DNA of 64,000 nucleotides, taken from an archaeon (GTDB taxonomy: Archaea; Nanobdellota; Nanobdellia; Woesearchaeales; GW2011-AR9). Position 1 is the stretch's first letter, and the number at the start of each line of letters is the position of its first letter. Location: assembly GCA_023265925.1 (NCBI GenBank), contig JAHFSD010000001.1, forward strand, positions 3,309 to 67,308. The letters run 5' to 3'. Shown in pieces: positions 1 to 9,696 of the stretch. Position numbers and translations under genes: made by a program. Under the pieces are notes generated by a model. That model was given only the letters and a program-made list of their open reading frames with translations. It made no database searches and was not told where the DNA came from.

Positions 1-1338
1 GGTTTTTTCTCAGCGGCTAATGGTAAAGCTACTATCGTATCACCAGATTTAAGCTCTAATCATTTGCGAATTTTAGCCGAGGTCGGCTTAGCAGACTGTT
101 TTTATGATCCCGCCCATTTTGAAGCAGTAATGGTGCGGAGAAGGAGGAAGAGTTTTCCTTATGGTTTCCATATCATCTCCGAAAATGAAACGTTCTCAAC
201 AAAAAGAGAGAGTGACATCTCAGGATTAGAGGAATATGCCGGAAGGTTTTCCAATGGATTTCTACCAGTGGAACGGCACGATTTACAACACTTTCAAGCT
301 TTGAGTAAAAGACTGCTGCCCGATAAATTGGTAAAATACTTAGAAGCTGAAGTAGAATCTCCCGGGTCAACAGGGAAAGAACACCCCTTTTTCGAGTCGG
401 TTGCGGAAGAGGAGAAGAAAGGGCTTATCAGCACTTTTTTGGAAAGAATGGGCGTAAGGCGCAGTAAGCCTGAGCCTGCCCGACGCCGGTACAAGAGCCT
501 CATTGATGCTTTGGCGCAGGTTGAGGGGACGGGACCAGATGTCGCCTTTTTAAGGAGTACGAAAAGATACTTAAAAATTTTCACTGGCACGTTGGGGGGT
601 GAGCCTACTTACCCCATTAGGGGGATTGCCGGGCCGCTGGCGTTAGAAGAGGCACTCAAAAGGGAAATCACCGTTGAGATTTTATTTGGCCCCTATTTTG
701 CTCTTGGCAGAAGAGAAGAACATAAATTGGAGGAGTATTTTGGGGAAGTCTACCCCTTACAGAAGGGAGCATCAGTAAGATTAGAATTAACCGGCGGGGA
801 CACACAGAGAAGTAATGGCACTGCCTACATCAATCCGGAACAGGTAGATGCTTCAGCACAATTGCTGTATCAGTTAGCAGAAGAAGGAGATACCGTTTCA
901 CCTATCTTATCCGATCCGGCCAGAATTATGCTAGAAAGAGCGTTTGGGCAAACGCATAATCCCGAGTATGTAATAGCACTGAATAGGGTTTTAATGTATA
1001 GGGGATTCTATAGAGGGGCTGCGAAGGTTTTGGAGACGTTTAGGGATACATTTGAGGAAGTTGATAGCCCTCCTGTAAAATCAGAATTTTTTCTATATTT
1101 GGGTGATGCCTATTTCAGGTCAGGAGAATTAGACAAAGCAGCAGAAGTTGTCGGTGCAGCTATTAAAGTACAATCGGAAAATCATGTTGCTTATCTCTTA
1201 TCAGGAGCCATCCATCAAGTCCAGGGGGATTATACTGCTGCCCAACTGAGTCTGGAAAAATCATTGGATTTGGCACCAGATGTAAAGATTACGCAACGGT
1301 TTCTGGAGAGGACAAGAAGAGTTCAGCAATTAATGTAA
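1..1338 (+). CDS. hypothetical protein with C-terminal TPR-like repeats; 5' end lies outside the window
   Basis: The frame is open from base 1, with no stop before the ORF-track start at 64. The last ~110 aa show TPR-like spacing (YLGDAYFRSGELDKAAEV, AYLLSGAIHQVQGDYTAAQLSLEKSL). Confidence 0.55.
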   Translation, partial: GFFSAANGKATIVSPDLSSNHLRILAEVGLADCFYDPAHFEAVMVRRRRKSFPYGFHIISENETFSTKRESDISGLEEYAGRFSNGFLPVERHDLQHFQALSKRLLPDKLVKYLEAEVESPGSTGKEHPFFESVAEEEKKGLISTFLERMGVRRSKPEPARRRYKSLIDALAQVEGTGPDVAFLRSTKRYLKIFTGTLGGEPTYPIRGIAGPLALEEALKREITVEILFGPYFALGRREEHKLEEYFGEVYPLQKGASVRLELTGGDTQRSNGTAYINPEQVDASAQLLYQLAEEGDTVSPILSDPARIMLERAFGQTHNPEYVIALNRVLMYRGFYRGAAKVLETFRDTFEEVDSPPVKSEFFLYLGDAYFRSGELDKAAEVVGAAIKVQSENHVAYLLSGAIHQVQGDYTAAQLSLEKSLDLAPDVKITQRFLERTRRVQQLM

Positions 1339-1451
1339 GAATTATTTTCACTACCGCCATTTTGCTTTGAGGTCACCAAACCTTTATAAAAACCTCCCCC
1401 CTTTCTTCCTGTTAAGATGGTGGATGATACAATAAAGAGGATTGGTTAATT

Positions 1452-3164
1452 ATGGTAGGTGTCACCAGCGACCTGTTCTTACAGCTCGGCATCGTCGTCG
1501 GCATCGCCGCCGGAGTAGCTTTTCTGCTGAGACTGCTGAAGCAGCCACAAATCTTTGCCTATGTCATCGCCGGAATACTGATTACCCCGGTCTTCAGCCT
1601 GATCACCGACACCAGCCTCATCCAATCCATGTCCATCCTGGGAATAGCCTTCCTGCTCTTCCTGGTGGGGTTAGAGATGGATCTGAAAGCGCTGAAAAGT
1701 GTTGCCCACGTCTCGCTGATCGGCGGGGCAATCCAGATGACGATCTTGTTTGTGCTGGGCTACCTGATCGCCCTGCTGCTGGGCTATCTTTCCCTGGAAG
1801 CAGCTTATGTGGGCTTGATGATTGCTTTCTCGTCCACGATGGTGGTGATGAAACTGCTGTCGGATAAGAGAGAACTTAACACGCTGCATGGCCGATTGGT
1901 CGTAGGCATTCTGCTGATGGAAGATATCGTCGCCATCTTTGCCATTTCCCTGTTAAGTTCGGTCAACGAATTCAGCCTGTCCCTGTTGGGCCTTGCCTTC
2001 CTGAAATTCCTCTCTGTTTTTGTCATCGCCTTCCTGTTGAGCAAATATGTTTTCCCGGTGCTGTTCCGCTATGCCGCCAAGCATCAGGAATTATTATTGA
2101 TTCTTTCGCTGGCGGTCTGTTTCCTGTTCGGGCTGGGCTTCTATAAGCTGGGCTTTTCGATTGCCATCGGCGCCTTTGTCGCCGGCGTGGCCCTTGGCAA
2201 CCTGGACTACAGCCTGGAAATCATCGGCAAGGTGAAAAGCCTGCGTGACTTCTTTGCCCTGCTCTTTTTTGTTTCGTTAGGCATGGGCTTATCGTTCAGC
2301 GCCTTGAAAGGGATCTGGCTGCCGCTCGTGGTGCTGCTGGCAGTCATCCTGCTCGCCAAGCCGCTGGTGACAATGACCATCTGTTCCCTGTTCCGCTACA
2401 CCAAAAAACCTTCCTTTCTCACGGCCCTGTCGCTGACGCAAATCGGCGAATTTTCGTTAATTATTGCGGCACAGGGGCTGGTTCTTGGCCACCTTTCCCA
2501 GGAATTATTTTCCATCATTGTATTGGTTACCCTGATTACCATCATGCTGACATCCTATTTCATCAAGTATGATCATTGGTTCTATGGGCTGCTGGAACGG
2601 CCGTTAAAAATCTTTGACTTTTTTACGACGGAAGGCTTAGAGTACCTGCCGACGGAAATCAAGCCGCGCATCATTCTCTGCGGCTATAACCGCATTGGTT
2701 ACAGCGTACTGCAGTCCCTGCAGCATCTCAAGAAAAAAATACTGGTAGTGGATTACAACCCGGAAATCATCGCTCAGTTGGTGAAGGAAGGGTATCATTG
2801 CCTCTACGGCGACGTGGCCGATGAAGAGATCATTGAGCGGATGAACCTGCCGCAGGTGCAGATGCTGATTTCCACCGTGCCGGAATTGTCGGACAACCAG
2901 CTGCTGATCAAGAAAGTGCAGGACATTACTAAGCGCGCTAAAATCATTGTCACCGCCTCGGACATTGACGATGCCCTCAAGCTGTATCATGCCGGAGCGG
3001 ACTACGTCATTCTGCCGCATTTCTTAGGCGGGGAGCATGTCTCGCAATTGATAAGCGAAGTGCAGGATGGCAAAAGAACCTTGCATGAAGAGAAGAAGAA
3101 ACATATCCACCATCTGCATGAGCGCAAGGGGATTGGGCACCGGCATCCGAGGCATGAACGGTAA
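1452..3164 (+). CDS. Kef-type monovalent cation:proton antiporter (CPA2) with C-terminal TrkA-N/RCK domain
   Basis: The first ~380 aa are highly hydrophobic and multi-spanning. They are followed by a Rossmann-like segment (IILCGYNRIGYSVLQSL..VVDYNPE..GDVADEE). Confidence 0.85.
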   Translation: MVGVTSDLFLQLGIVVGIAAGVAFLLRLLKQPQIFAYVIAGILITPVFSLITDTSLIQSMSILGIAFLLFLVGLEMDLKALKSVAHVSLIGGAIQMTILFVLGYLIALLLGYLSLEAAYVGLMIAFSSTMVVMKLLSDKRELNTLHGRLVVGILLMEDIVAIFAISLLSSVNEFSLSLLGLAFLKFLSVFVIAFLLSKYVFPVLFRYAAKHQELLLILSLAVCFLFGLGFYKLGFSIAIGAFVAGVALGNLDYSLEIIGKVKSLRDFFALLFFVSLGMGLSFSALKGIWLPLVVLLAVILLAKPLVTMTICSLFRYTKKPSFLTALSLTQIGEFSLIIAAQGLVLGHLSQELFSIIVLVTLITIMLTSYFIKYDHWFYGLLERPLKIFDFFTTEGLEYLPTEIKPRIILCGYNRIGYSVLQSLQHLKKKILVVDYNPEIIAQLVKEGYHCLYGDVADEEIIERMNLPQVQMLISTVPELSDNQLLIKKVQDITKRAKIIVTASDIDDALKLYHAGADYVILPHFLGGEHVSQLISEVQDGKRTLHEEKKKHIHHLHERKGIGHRHPRHER

Positions 3165-3183
3165 AGGGATATAGTAACAAAAA

Positions 3184-3453
3184 TCACCCAATATCCCGAT
3201 GGGTCGCGTACAGGAAGGCAGCATCTTTGTTCCATTTCCGCAATTCTGCCGCCACTTGCCGCGCGATGGAAAGGGACGTAATTTTATTTCTTACTTTCAC
3301 CCATTTGCTGACTATGCTGCTGATGTGGGCAGCGATTTTCGCACAGCGCTCGTCCGCCATCCCACCGGCAAATAAAGCGGCATAGACCGAGCCGTAAACT
3401 TTCCGCGCATCATAGTGCTGTTTTGTGCCGTTATTTTTAATGACGATGGTCAT
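3184..3453 (-). CDS. stand-alone ATP-cone domain protein
   Basis: The 89-aa product shows the ATP-cone pattern (VIKNNGTKQHYDARKVYGSV..A....A..I...V). Confidence 0.6.
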   Translation of the reverse strand: MTIVIKNNGTKQHYDARKVYGSVYAALFAGGMADERCAKIAAHISSIVSKWVKVRNKITSLSIARQVAAELRKWNKDAAFLYATHRDIG

Positions 3454-3489
3454 GATTCACTTGTTCCAATGAATTACCTTCATTTTTTC

Positions 3490-4209
3490 TCATCCTAAAT
3501 TAATCGTCCCATTCGCTATGAATATCAACAGCCAGCCCAGATAGACGAGCAGCAGACCCATCCCTAGGCGCATATAATGCCGCGTGCGCTGCTTCCAGGC
3601 TTTGATTTCATGGAGTTTCTTGCCGACAGCAACCAGGATGAGGATAATGATGAGTGGCAGTATAAAGATTATGTTGTACAGCACCAGCAATAAAAAAGCA
3701 GTAAAATCAAAGTACTGCGATAATAAAGTTATGATTGCCAGATAGGGAGCGCCCGTGCAGGGTAGTTCTACCGCAGATACGAACGCGCCCAGCAGCAGCA
3801 CGCCCGGAATGGTGGCCTTACTTGACATTACGTGAACTTTCTTGACAAACCGTCCTGGAATTGTCAGCGAAAACCAGCGGCCATACCAGAAGAAATCCTT
3901 AATTTCCAATAATCCTGCTGCCACCATCAGCAGGCCGACGGTAATGGAGAGATATTCGGTCAGCCATAACGGAATCGTCGAGAGGAAATAAAGTAATCCC
4001 AATCCGGCCAGCAGGTAGATGGTAAAGACGGATACTATATATAACCCCCCCAGCAGCAGCATCCGGGAGGTTGACTGCCGCGCGGCCAGCAGCACTGAAA
4101 CCATCAAAATCAAGACGCCAATCGCACAAGGATTGATGGCATCAATCGCTGCCGTAGCCACAACTGTCCCCAGCATTGGTAATAAGGCTTCAACGGCCAC
4201 AGAAATCAC
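3490..4209 (-). CDS. CcdA/DsbD-family thiol-disulfide transmembrane electron transporter
   Basis: There are six or more hydrophobic helices. Conserved Cys residues sit in membrane helices (AINPCAIGVL, ELPCTGAPYL). Confidence 0.75.
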   Translation of the reverse strand: MISVAVEALLPMLGTVVATAAIDAINPCAIGVLILMVSVLLAARQSTSRMLLLGGLYIVSVFTIYLLAGLGLLYFLSTIPLWLTEYLSITVGLLMVAAGLLEIKDFFWYGRWFSLTIPGRFVKKVHVMSSKATIPGVLLLGAFVSAVELPCTGAPYLAIITLLSQYFDFTAFLLLVLYNIIFILPLIIILILVAVGKKLHEIKAWKQRTRHYMRLGMGLLLVYLGWLLIFIANGTINLG

Positions 4210-4391
4210 CCCCTATGATTTCTGGGGCGTCAATCGCAAATCGCCCACCACCGGTCACAGACCGGTGGCCTGCTCGTTTCGCTCGGAGCGATTTGCTCTG
4301 ACCCTGCTTTTTCCAATCAACACAGTCTCGCTGACTAACCACCAGTGAGACACTGGTGGAAAAAGCAGATTCCAAAAATCCACGATTTTTG

Positions 4392-5210
4392 TTAGCCATG
4401 CAGCTCACCCCGCGCTATTGCTGTTTTATAGGATGCACAGAGCTTGTCGGTCTTTTCTTTTTCAGCGGCAAATTCAATGATGAGGCAATCGCCGGGAGGA
4501 ACCAGGCTGGAAGGGGAAAGGACGTAATCGGCATTAGCCTTGAATTGTTCATACTTTCTTCCTTCCGTCTTATAGACAAACACCTGTACCTTTCCAGGAA
4601 AGCCATTACAGGATCCTCCATTACCTGCTTCCACAACGCCGTTATTGGTGGGAACAACTAATTTTTCAGCGGTTAATGTTCCCCCGATAAATTCAAAAAA
4701 GCGGTGCAAGTTGGCATCACCCCGATTCAATACAACTCCCTCGACATGGATGCGGTTGTCGCCGTGCTCATGGAAGACCGGGCTGCCAATGCGGTTAGAT
4801 AAGCCGGTGGGATCACGCAGATCAATCTGTTCCCCGCAGTTCCAGAGCTCAAAATCAGCATGCCAATGGACCGGGCCGCCGGTATGCGAGGTCAGGTTGA
4901 GGTAGATGGTTGTGCCAGCTACATAAAGTGTGACCGCGGCAATCGGCAGGGCCAGGCCGAGGAAGAACAGCCATTTTTGCCGTTCGGTGAACCTTTCCTG
5001 GTAACGCAGGGCGGTAAGCAGAAGAATGATCACAAACAATCCTACTCCGATGGTGACATTCAGTGTCTGCTGTTTCAGGTTGACACCGTGATCAGAGAGA
5101 GCATTGTCGGTAAGATCATTGATCTCTTCAGGAACCTCTTCATGGGCGAGAACACTGAAAAGAACGTTAAAAGTAAGGAGAGCTATAATGAGCAGATATG
5201 ATGCTTTCAT
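4392..5210 (-). CDS. membrane-anchored exported protein with HxH...HEHG...H motifs (function unknown)
   Basis: It has an N-terminal signal and TM helices. The C-terminal domain reads HWHADFELWNCGEQIDL...VFHEHGDNRIHVEG. It lies upstream of, and co-oriented with, the CcdA-like gene. Confidence 0.5.
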   Translation of the reverse strand: MKASYLLIIALLTFNVLFSVLAHEEVPEEINDLTDNALSDHGVNLKQQTLNVTIGVGLFVIILLLTALRYQERFTERQKWLFFLGLALPIAAVTLYVAGTTIYLNLTSHTGGPVHWHADFELWNCGEQIDLRDPTGLSNRIGSPVFHEHGDNRIHVEGVVLNRGDANLHRFFEFIGGTLTAEKLVVPTNNGVVEAGNGGSCNGFPGKVQVFVYKTEGRKYEQFKANADYVLSPSSLVPPGDCLIIEFAAEKEKTDKLCASYKTAIARGELHG

Positions 5211-5381
5211 GCGCTGACCTCTTTTTGTGGAGGAAAATGACGGTAAGGTATATATAATTTGCGTGGGAAAGGAGATTAAATTGCTGGTGGTGGCAGGGTA
5301 AAGCCGCTCCGAAAAGTCACTAATTCGCTGGTCTCGTAGTTACACAAGATTTTTATACTTATTGTCATTACTAATATTAAA

Positions 5382-5948
5382 ATGGTTAATCCGGGATTAG
5401 TAAAGCAATTATTACAAGAATTGGAAGCAGAGAAAGGTTGTCCAGTGGAATTAAGAGCAGATACCCCTGAATCTAAATACTGTGAAGATGGGGAAATTTT
5501 TGGTTTGTTCTCTGAAAGAGGCGTTATTGTAAAAAGAGTGGATAGTTTAGATAAAAAATATCTCCCTGATGTGGAATTAATTGAGGGGAAATATGAAAGT
5601 CTGGCCCATTTAGTAAGAAGAATTCAAGAACTTAATGCCCTGTATGACACCCCCCTAAAAGGAAATTTAGCGGAGAGAGTATATCTATTAGTTAAAGAAA
5701 AAACAGGAGCAGGTGATCTTGTTGTTAATAATCTAGCTATGAATTTTAAAGAAGGAATGAGAGGCAAGCATGGAAGAATCTCTGCAGATAAAGTTTATAA
5801 AATTCTTGATAGGGCCGGATTAACTTACTTAAAGCACAATATTGTCGCCAGACCAGATGGGGTATACGATGACAGAACTGTAGGAGGGTCAATAAGTGTG
5901 ATTGATGAGACTAAAGTTGCCGATATTTCTCTAAAATTAATTGAATAA
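5382..5948 (+). CDS. hypothetical protein
   Basis: 188-aa AT-rich ORF. A TATA-like tttatact sits ~25 nt upstream of the ATG. No recognised motif. Confidence 0.5.
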   Translation: MVNPGLVKQLLQELEAEKGCPVELRADTPESKYCEDGEIFGLFSERGVIVKRVDSLDKKYLPDVELIEGKYESLAHLVRRIQELNALYDTPLKGNLAERVYLLVKEKTGAGDLVVNNLAMNFKEGMRGKHGRISADKVYKILDRAGLTYLKHNIVARPDGVYDDRTVGGSISVIDETKVADISLKLIE

Positions 5949-6217
5949 TTCCTTCCTGTTAGGACTTTTAGCGAATGGTAGGGGGAGTTTCCATTTCTCC
6001 AATGGGGCATTTACTCTGATATTGAACCTTATCTTTTTGGCAATTTCGTCAATCGCAAATCACCCAACACAGCAAATCATAGACGAGGTTGACGAAGGCC
6101 ATGATTGAATTAGTGACTTTTCTCGCGGACACCTACGAGTGTTAAGCAATACTTTCTCAGCGCAATCTTTAATCTCTTACCACAATCCTTTTAAAATCAG
6201 CTGGTTCTTAGAATTCC

Positions 6218-6730
6218 ATGCGCTCCGTTCATTATAATCCTACAACCTTAGATTCCTACGACTTTCTTGATGCCCTGTTATACTTCTCTCTCGCACCGGG
6301 CGATCGGCGCTTTACCAGCCAGCCTCAAGTGCTCTACCAACAGCTCTGTGACACTGTAGTAGAATACGTCACGGAGAGCGAGCCGCGGTTTGAGCCGTCT
6401 TACCGGGAAAAGGCGCTGGGCTACCTGTGGGAGCAGCTCAAAGAAACGCTCGCAGTGCACCGCCTGCAGCCGCGCCTGACGGATGCGCTCGAGAACCTGC
6501 TGGCCGTTTCATCGCTGAAATCAGTTCAGGGCTGTGAATATGTCTATCGCTATTGGGACCATTATTCGACACAGGCTATCACGGACGAAAAACCGGCCCG
6601 GATGAAACCGGAAACGCAGGAGTATGTTACTAAGAAAGTAGTGCCTGCTCTCTCGGCAGCGGAACAGCAGGAATTACTGTCGCTAGGAAGGTTGTTGAGG
6701 AAATACATTAAACGGAGTGAAGAGTGGTAG
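6218..6730 (+). CDS. hypothetical protein
   Basis: 170-aa ORF with no recognised motif. Confidence 0.5.
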   Translation: MRSVHYNPTTLDSYDFLDALLYFSLAPGDRRFTSQPQVLYQQLCDTVVEYVTESEPRFEPSYREKALGYLWEQLKETLAVHRLQPRLTDALENLLAVSSLKSVQGCEYVYRYWDHYSTQAITDEKPARMKPETQEYVTKKVVPALSAAEQQELLSLGRLLRKYIKRSEEW

Positions 6731-6790
6731 ATGTTTTTAACCGATTGCTTTAAATAATTCCCATTCTTTTCTCCGATAAAAAGAGGTTCC

Positions 6791-8155
6791 ATGAAATCTT
6801 TTGACCTAATAGTTATCGGTGCCGGTTCGGGATTAGATGTAGCCGTCGGCGCAGCGGAGCAAGGCCTTAAGACTGCTATCATCGAGGAAGGGCCTTTGGG
6901 AGGAACCTGCCTCAATCGCGGCTGCATTCCCAGCAAGATGATCATTTATTCAGCAGAAGTTGCCGACCTGATTCAGCAGGCCGGAAAGTTTGGCCTTGCT
7001 GCCTCGCTTACAAAAGTTGATTTTAAACAAGTGACCGAACGAGCCAGTAAAACTGTTGATGCTGATGCCCGTTCCATTGAGCAATCCTTACGGCAAGGAA
7101 AAAATCCAGTTTTGTTCAAAGGCCGGGCAAAATTTATCGGCCCACGAATGGTGCAGGTCAATGGAGAAACACTGCAGGGAAGGAAAATCCTTCTGGCTGC
7201 CGGTGCCCGTCCATCTATTCCACCCATTGAAGGATTGGATAAAGTACCTTATCTCACCAGCAAGGAAGCCTTGCGCCTGACCAGATTACCAAAAAGCATG
7301 ATCATTCTGGGTGGGGGATATATTGCCGCGGAGCTGGGTTATTTCTATGCGGCGCTAGGGTGTAAGACTACCATTATCCAGCGCGGCCCCTTGCTGATTC
7401 CCCGGGAAGATCGGGATATCTCAAAATTATTCACCTCGTTGTGGAAGAAGAAATATACGGTGCTGTTAAATGCCTCGGCTACGAAGGTGGAAGGAAATAA
7501 AGACAGCATCACTGTTCAGGTTACTGCCAATAATTCTGTGCGGAAAGTTACGGCAGAAAAATTGTTAGTCGTGACGGGAATCCGCCCTAACAGTGATACG
7601 CTGAATCTGGAAAAAACTGGTGTGAAAACAAATAAAAATGGCTTTGTAGTTGTCAATAAATATCTGGAAACTTCTGCTAAGAACATCTGGGCACTGGGCG
7701 ATCTGGCTGGCGTTTACCTGTTTAAGCATTCCGCCAATCTGGAAGCGGAATATGTGCTAAATAATATCCTGGACAGGAAAAAGCCGGTTGATTATTATCC
7801 GATGCCTCATGCGATCTTTACTAACCCGCAAATCGCCGGCGTGGGCTTGACCGAGCAGGAGGTTATCAGGCAGAAGAAAAAGTATGTGGTGGGGAAATAT
7901 TATTACCAGCACACCGGGATGGGCGCCGCGATGGAAGAGAAAGATGGCTTTGTGAAACTTATTGTCGATAAAAGAAGCAAGGAAATTCTCGGCTGCCACC
8001 TCCTGGGACCGGAAGCCTCGATTTTATCGCATGAAGTGGTGGTGGCAATGAAGGCAAATAGAAGAAAAGCATTGGAAATTCTGAGGAGTGCTGTACATGT
8101 CCATCCGGCCTTGAGTGAAGTGGTGCACCGGGCGGCACTGAGTGTTCCACTATAA
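6791..8155 (+). CDS. class I FAD-dependent pyridine nucleotide-disulfide oxidoreductase (dihydrolipoamide dehydrogenase / glutathione-mycothione reductase-like)
   Basis: It has the FAD motif DLIVIGAGSG, the redox-active disulfide GGTCLNRGCIPSK, a second Rossmann segment IILGGGYIAAE, and a C-terminal dimerisation HP motif (VHVHPALSE). Confidence 0.85.
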   Translation: MKSFDLIVIGAGSGLDVAVGAAEQGLKTAIIEEGPLGGTCLNRGCIPSKMIIYSAEVADLIQQAGKFGLAASLTKVDFKQVTERASKTVDADARSIEQSLRQGKNPVLFKGRAKFIGPRMVQVNGETLQGRKILLAAGARPSIPPIEGLDKVPYLTSKEALRLTRLPKSMIILGGGYIAAELGYFYAALGCKTTIIQRGPLLIPREDRDISKLFTSLWKKKYTVLLNASATKVEGNKDSITVQVTANNSVRKVTAEKLLVVTGIRPNSDTLNLEKTGVKTNKNGFVVVNKYLETSAKNIWALGDLAGVYLFKHSANLEAEYVLNNILDRKKPVDYYPMPHAIFTNPQIAGVGLTEQEVIRQKKKYVVGKYYYQHTGMGAAMEEKDGFVKLIVDKRSKEILGCHLLGPEASILSHEVVVAMKANRRKALEILRSAVHVHPALSEVVHRAALSVPL

Positions 8156-8263
8156 AGGAATGTACCCCTTCCCGTACTGGAGAGCCGTCGCGGGCGTAAT
8201 GATCCTGGAGGAGAAGAATACTGGTGAGGAAAAATGGTCAAAAAAAATTAAAAAAAAGAGATT

Positions 8264-8485
8264 TTACTTCTTCTTTGCTGATGTTCCTTGCAGCGCCGCA
8301 CAATTCGGGCATTTATTGGGCACCAACAATTTCACTAATCCACCCAGCACCAGCAGCACCGCCAGCCAGGAAACCCAGCCGTCAATCCCCAGCCATTCCG
8401 GCCAGAGATAGGCATTCACCAATAATAACGCGCCGAACACGATCTTATAGATTCCGTGACAGCGGCTACACAGATGGCATCCCAT
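8264..8485 (-). CDS. small membrane protein with terminal Cys pairs
   Basis: The 73-aa product has two hydrophobic helices flanked by CHLCSRC and CPNC. Confidence 0.45.
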   Translation of the reverse strand: MGCHLCSRCHGIYKIVFGALLLVNAYLWPEWLGIDGWVSWLAVLLVLGGLVKLLVPNKCPNCAALQGTSAKKK

Positions 8486-8530
8486 GATTAATCACCTCAT
8501 TCTAGGAGAAAGAAGTGGGGGTTTAAAAAG

Positions 8531-9124
8531 CTATTCCCCAAACAATTTCTGTCGGCGGGCAATTTCCTCGTCGCCTTTCTCGACCTGCATCACTACCTTC
8601 CACTGCGGCAGGATGCGCCTATTGACAAATTCCATCAGATAGTAAAACAGTGGAAAGAACAGCAGTATCGCCAGCACATTCTGCCAGCTCAGCGCCAGCT
8701 CGCCATAGATGACCGGCGTGAACATCAGCATTACATAGGTTGTCTCCCGCACCCTTCCCAGCTTAGTGACAATGTCATGCCCGCGCAATCCTTCAATCAG
8801 GATCATCAGGCCGTACATGAAAACTAAGCCGATGATCACAAACTGTACGACCAAGGCCCAGCTAAACTGCCCCATGCTGGAAATGACTGTCCGGGTCCAA
8901 TCGATGCTGACCCAGAAGACGACTACCCCGTTGGCGATGGCATTGCCAATCGACGTTCCCTTGCGCTCCTGGAAGAAGTCAGTGAAAATCCAGCTGAGGT
9001 AGATAGGAATGATGATCCATAACATCTGCGGCTCCCGGAACGGGGCGGCAAAAATGCCCAGCCAGGTGGCTAACAGGCTGAAGAAAAAGGCGATGCCGGT
9101 CCAGATTGCGCTCCACCAGGACAT
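8531..9124 (-). CDS. integral membrane protein (unknown function)
   Basis: 197 aa with five to six hydrophobic segments. Confidence 0.6.
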   Translation of the reverse strand: MSWWSAIWTGIAFFFSLLATWLGIFAAPFREPQMLWIIIPIYLSWIFTDFFQERKGTSIGNAIANGVVVFWVSIDWTRTVISSMGQFSWALVVQFVIIGLVFMYGLMILIEGLRGHDIVTKLGRVRETTYVMLMFTPVIYGELALSWQNVLAILLFFPLFYYLMEFVNRRILPQWKVVMQVEKGDEEIARRQKLFGE

Positions 9125-9202
9125 TGTTTACCTCTCTTTTTTTACAGATTATTTTCTCAACAGTTACGCCATGAATTTCTACTCATTGCCCATTGCCGTA
9201 AT

Positions 9203-9469
9203 TTACGATAACTGCTCAATGGCCTCGATGATCTTTTTCATGTGGCGTGAGGAACGTGAGACGATGAAGAGGCAGCTAACCCCGAATAGTGCCAATATTG
9301 CCAGAACACTGAAAAGATGGGTACTGTTTGACCACTGAAGCTGGTTGGTAACAAATGCTACTGTTAAACCGACAACAATGGTAAAAAAGACAATCACCGA
9401 AGCAGTAGCAATTTGGAGATGCTTTTGATAGGTTAAATCCAGAATATTCTTCCTGCGCTGTGCATCCAT
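9203..9469 (-). CDS. small membrane protein
   Basis: 88 aa with two hydrophobic helices. Confidence 0.45.
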   Translation of the reverse strand: MDAQRRKNILDLTYQKHLQIATASVIVFFTIVVGLTVAFVTNQLQWSNSTHLFSVLAILALFGVSCLFIVSRSSRHMKKIIEAIEQLS

Positions 9470-9471
9470 CT

Positions 9472-9642
9472 TTAATCACCGAGTCCAATGGCTATAAGAA
9501 TTATTCCCAAGACCAGAAATCCGGTTCCCGCGATGGCCAGCCCGTAATTCCCCGCAGCAAAGGAAGGTATTGCCGCAACAATGCCTACTAATGAACTAAT
9601 CACTCCCGCCACCATCAGCACATTTTTTTGAGCGTGTTTCAT
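9472..9642 (-). CDS. small membrane protein (start moved to an internal ATG)
   Basis: The upstream 45 codons of ORF 9472..9777 overlap the tRNA 3' exon and intron. An ATG at 9642 begins MKHAQKNVLMVAGV followed by two TM helices. Confidence 0.4.
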   Translation of the reverse strand: MKHAQKNVLMVAGVISSLVGIVAAIPSFAAGNYGLAIAGTGFLVLGIILIAIGLGD

Positions 9643-9688
9643 GATAGAGGCAAGGTTTTTCTCTATGCTTAAAAACCTTCCTCTCTGC

Positions 9689-9693
9689 AAAAA
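9689..9693 (-). terminator. oligo-T tract just downstream of the tRNA
   Basis: The minus strand reads A73-TAC-TTTTT-G immediately after the acceptor 3' strand. Confidence 0.4.
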
Positions 9694-9696
9694 GTA

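Noticed and set aside
1442-1867. 141-aa ORF (+), Arg/His-rich
   Set aside because: It is an alternate frame of the Kef-type antiporter gene. The antiporter frame gives coherent TM helices.
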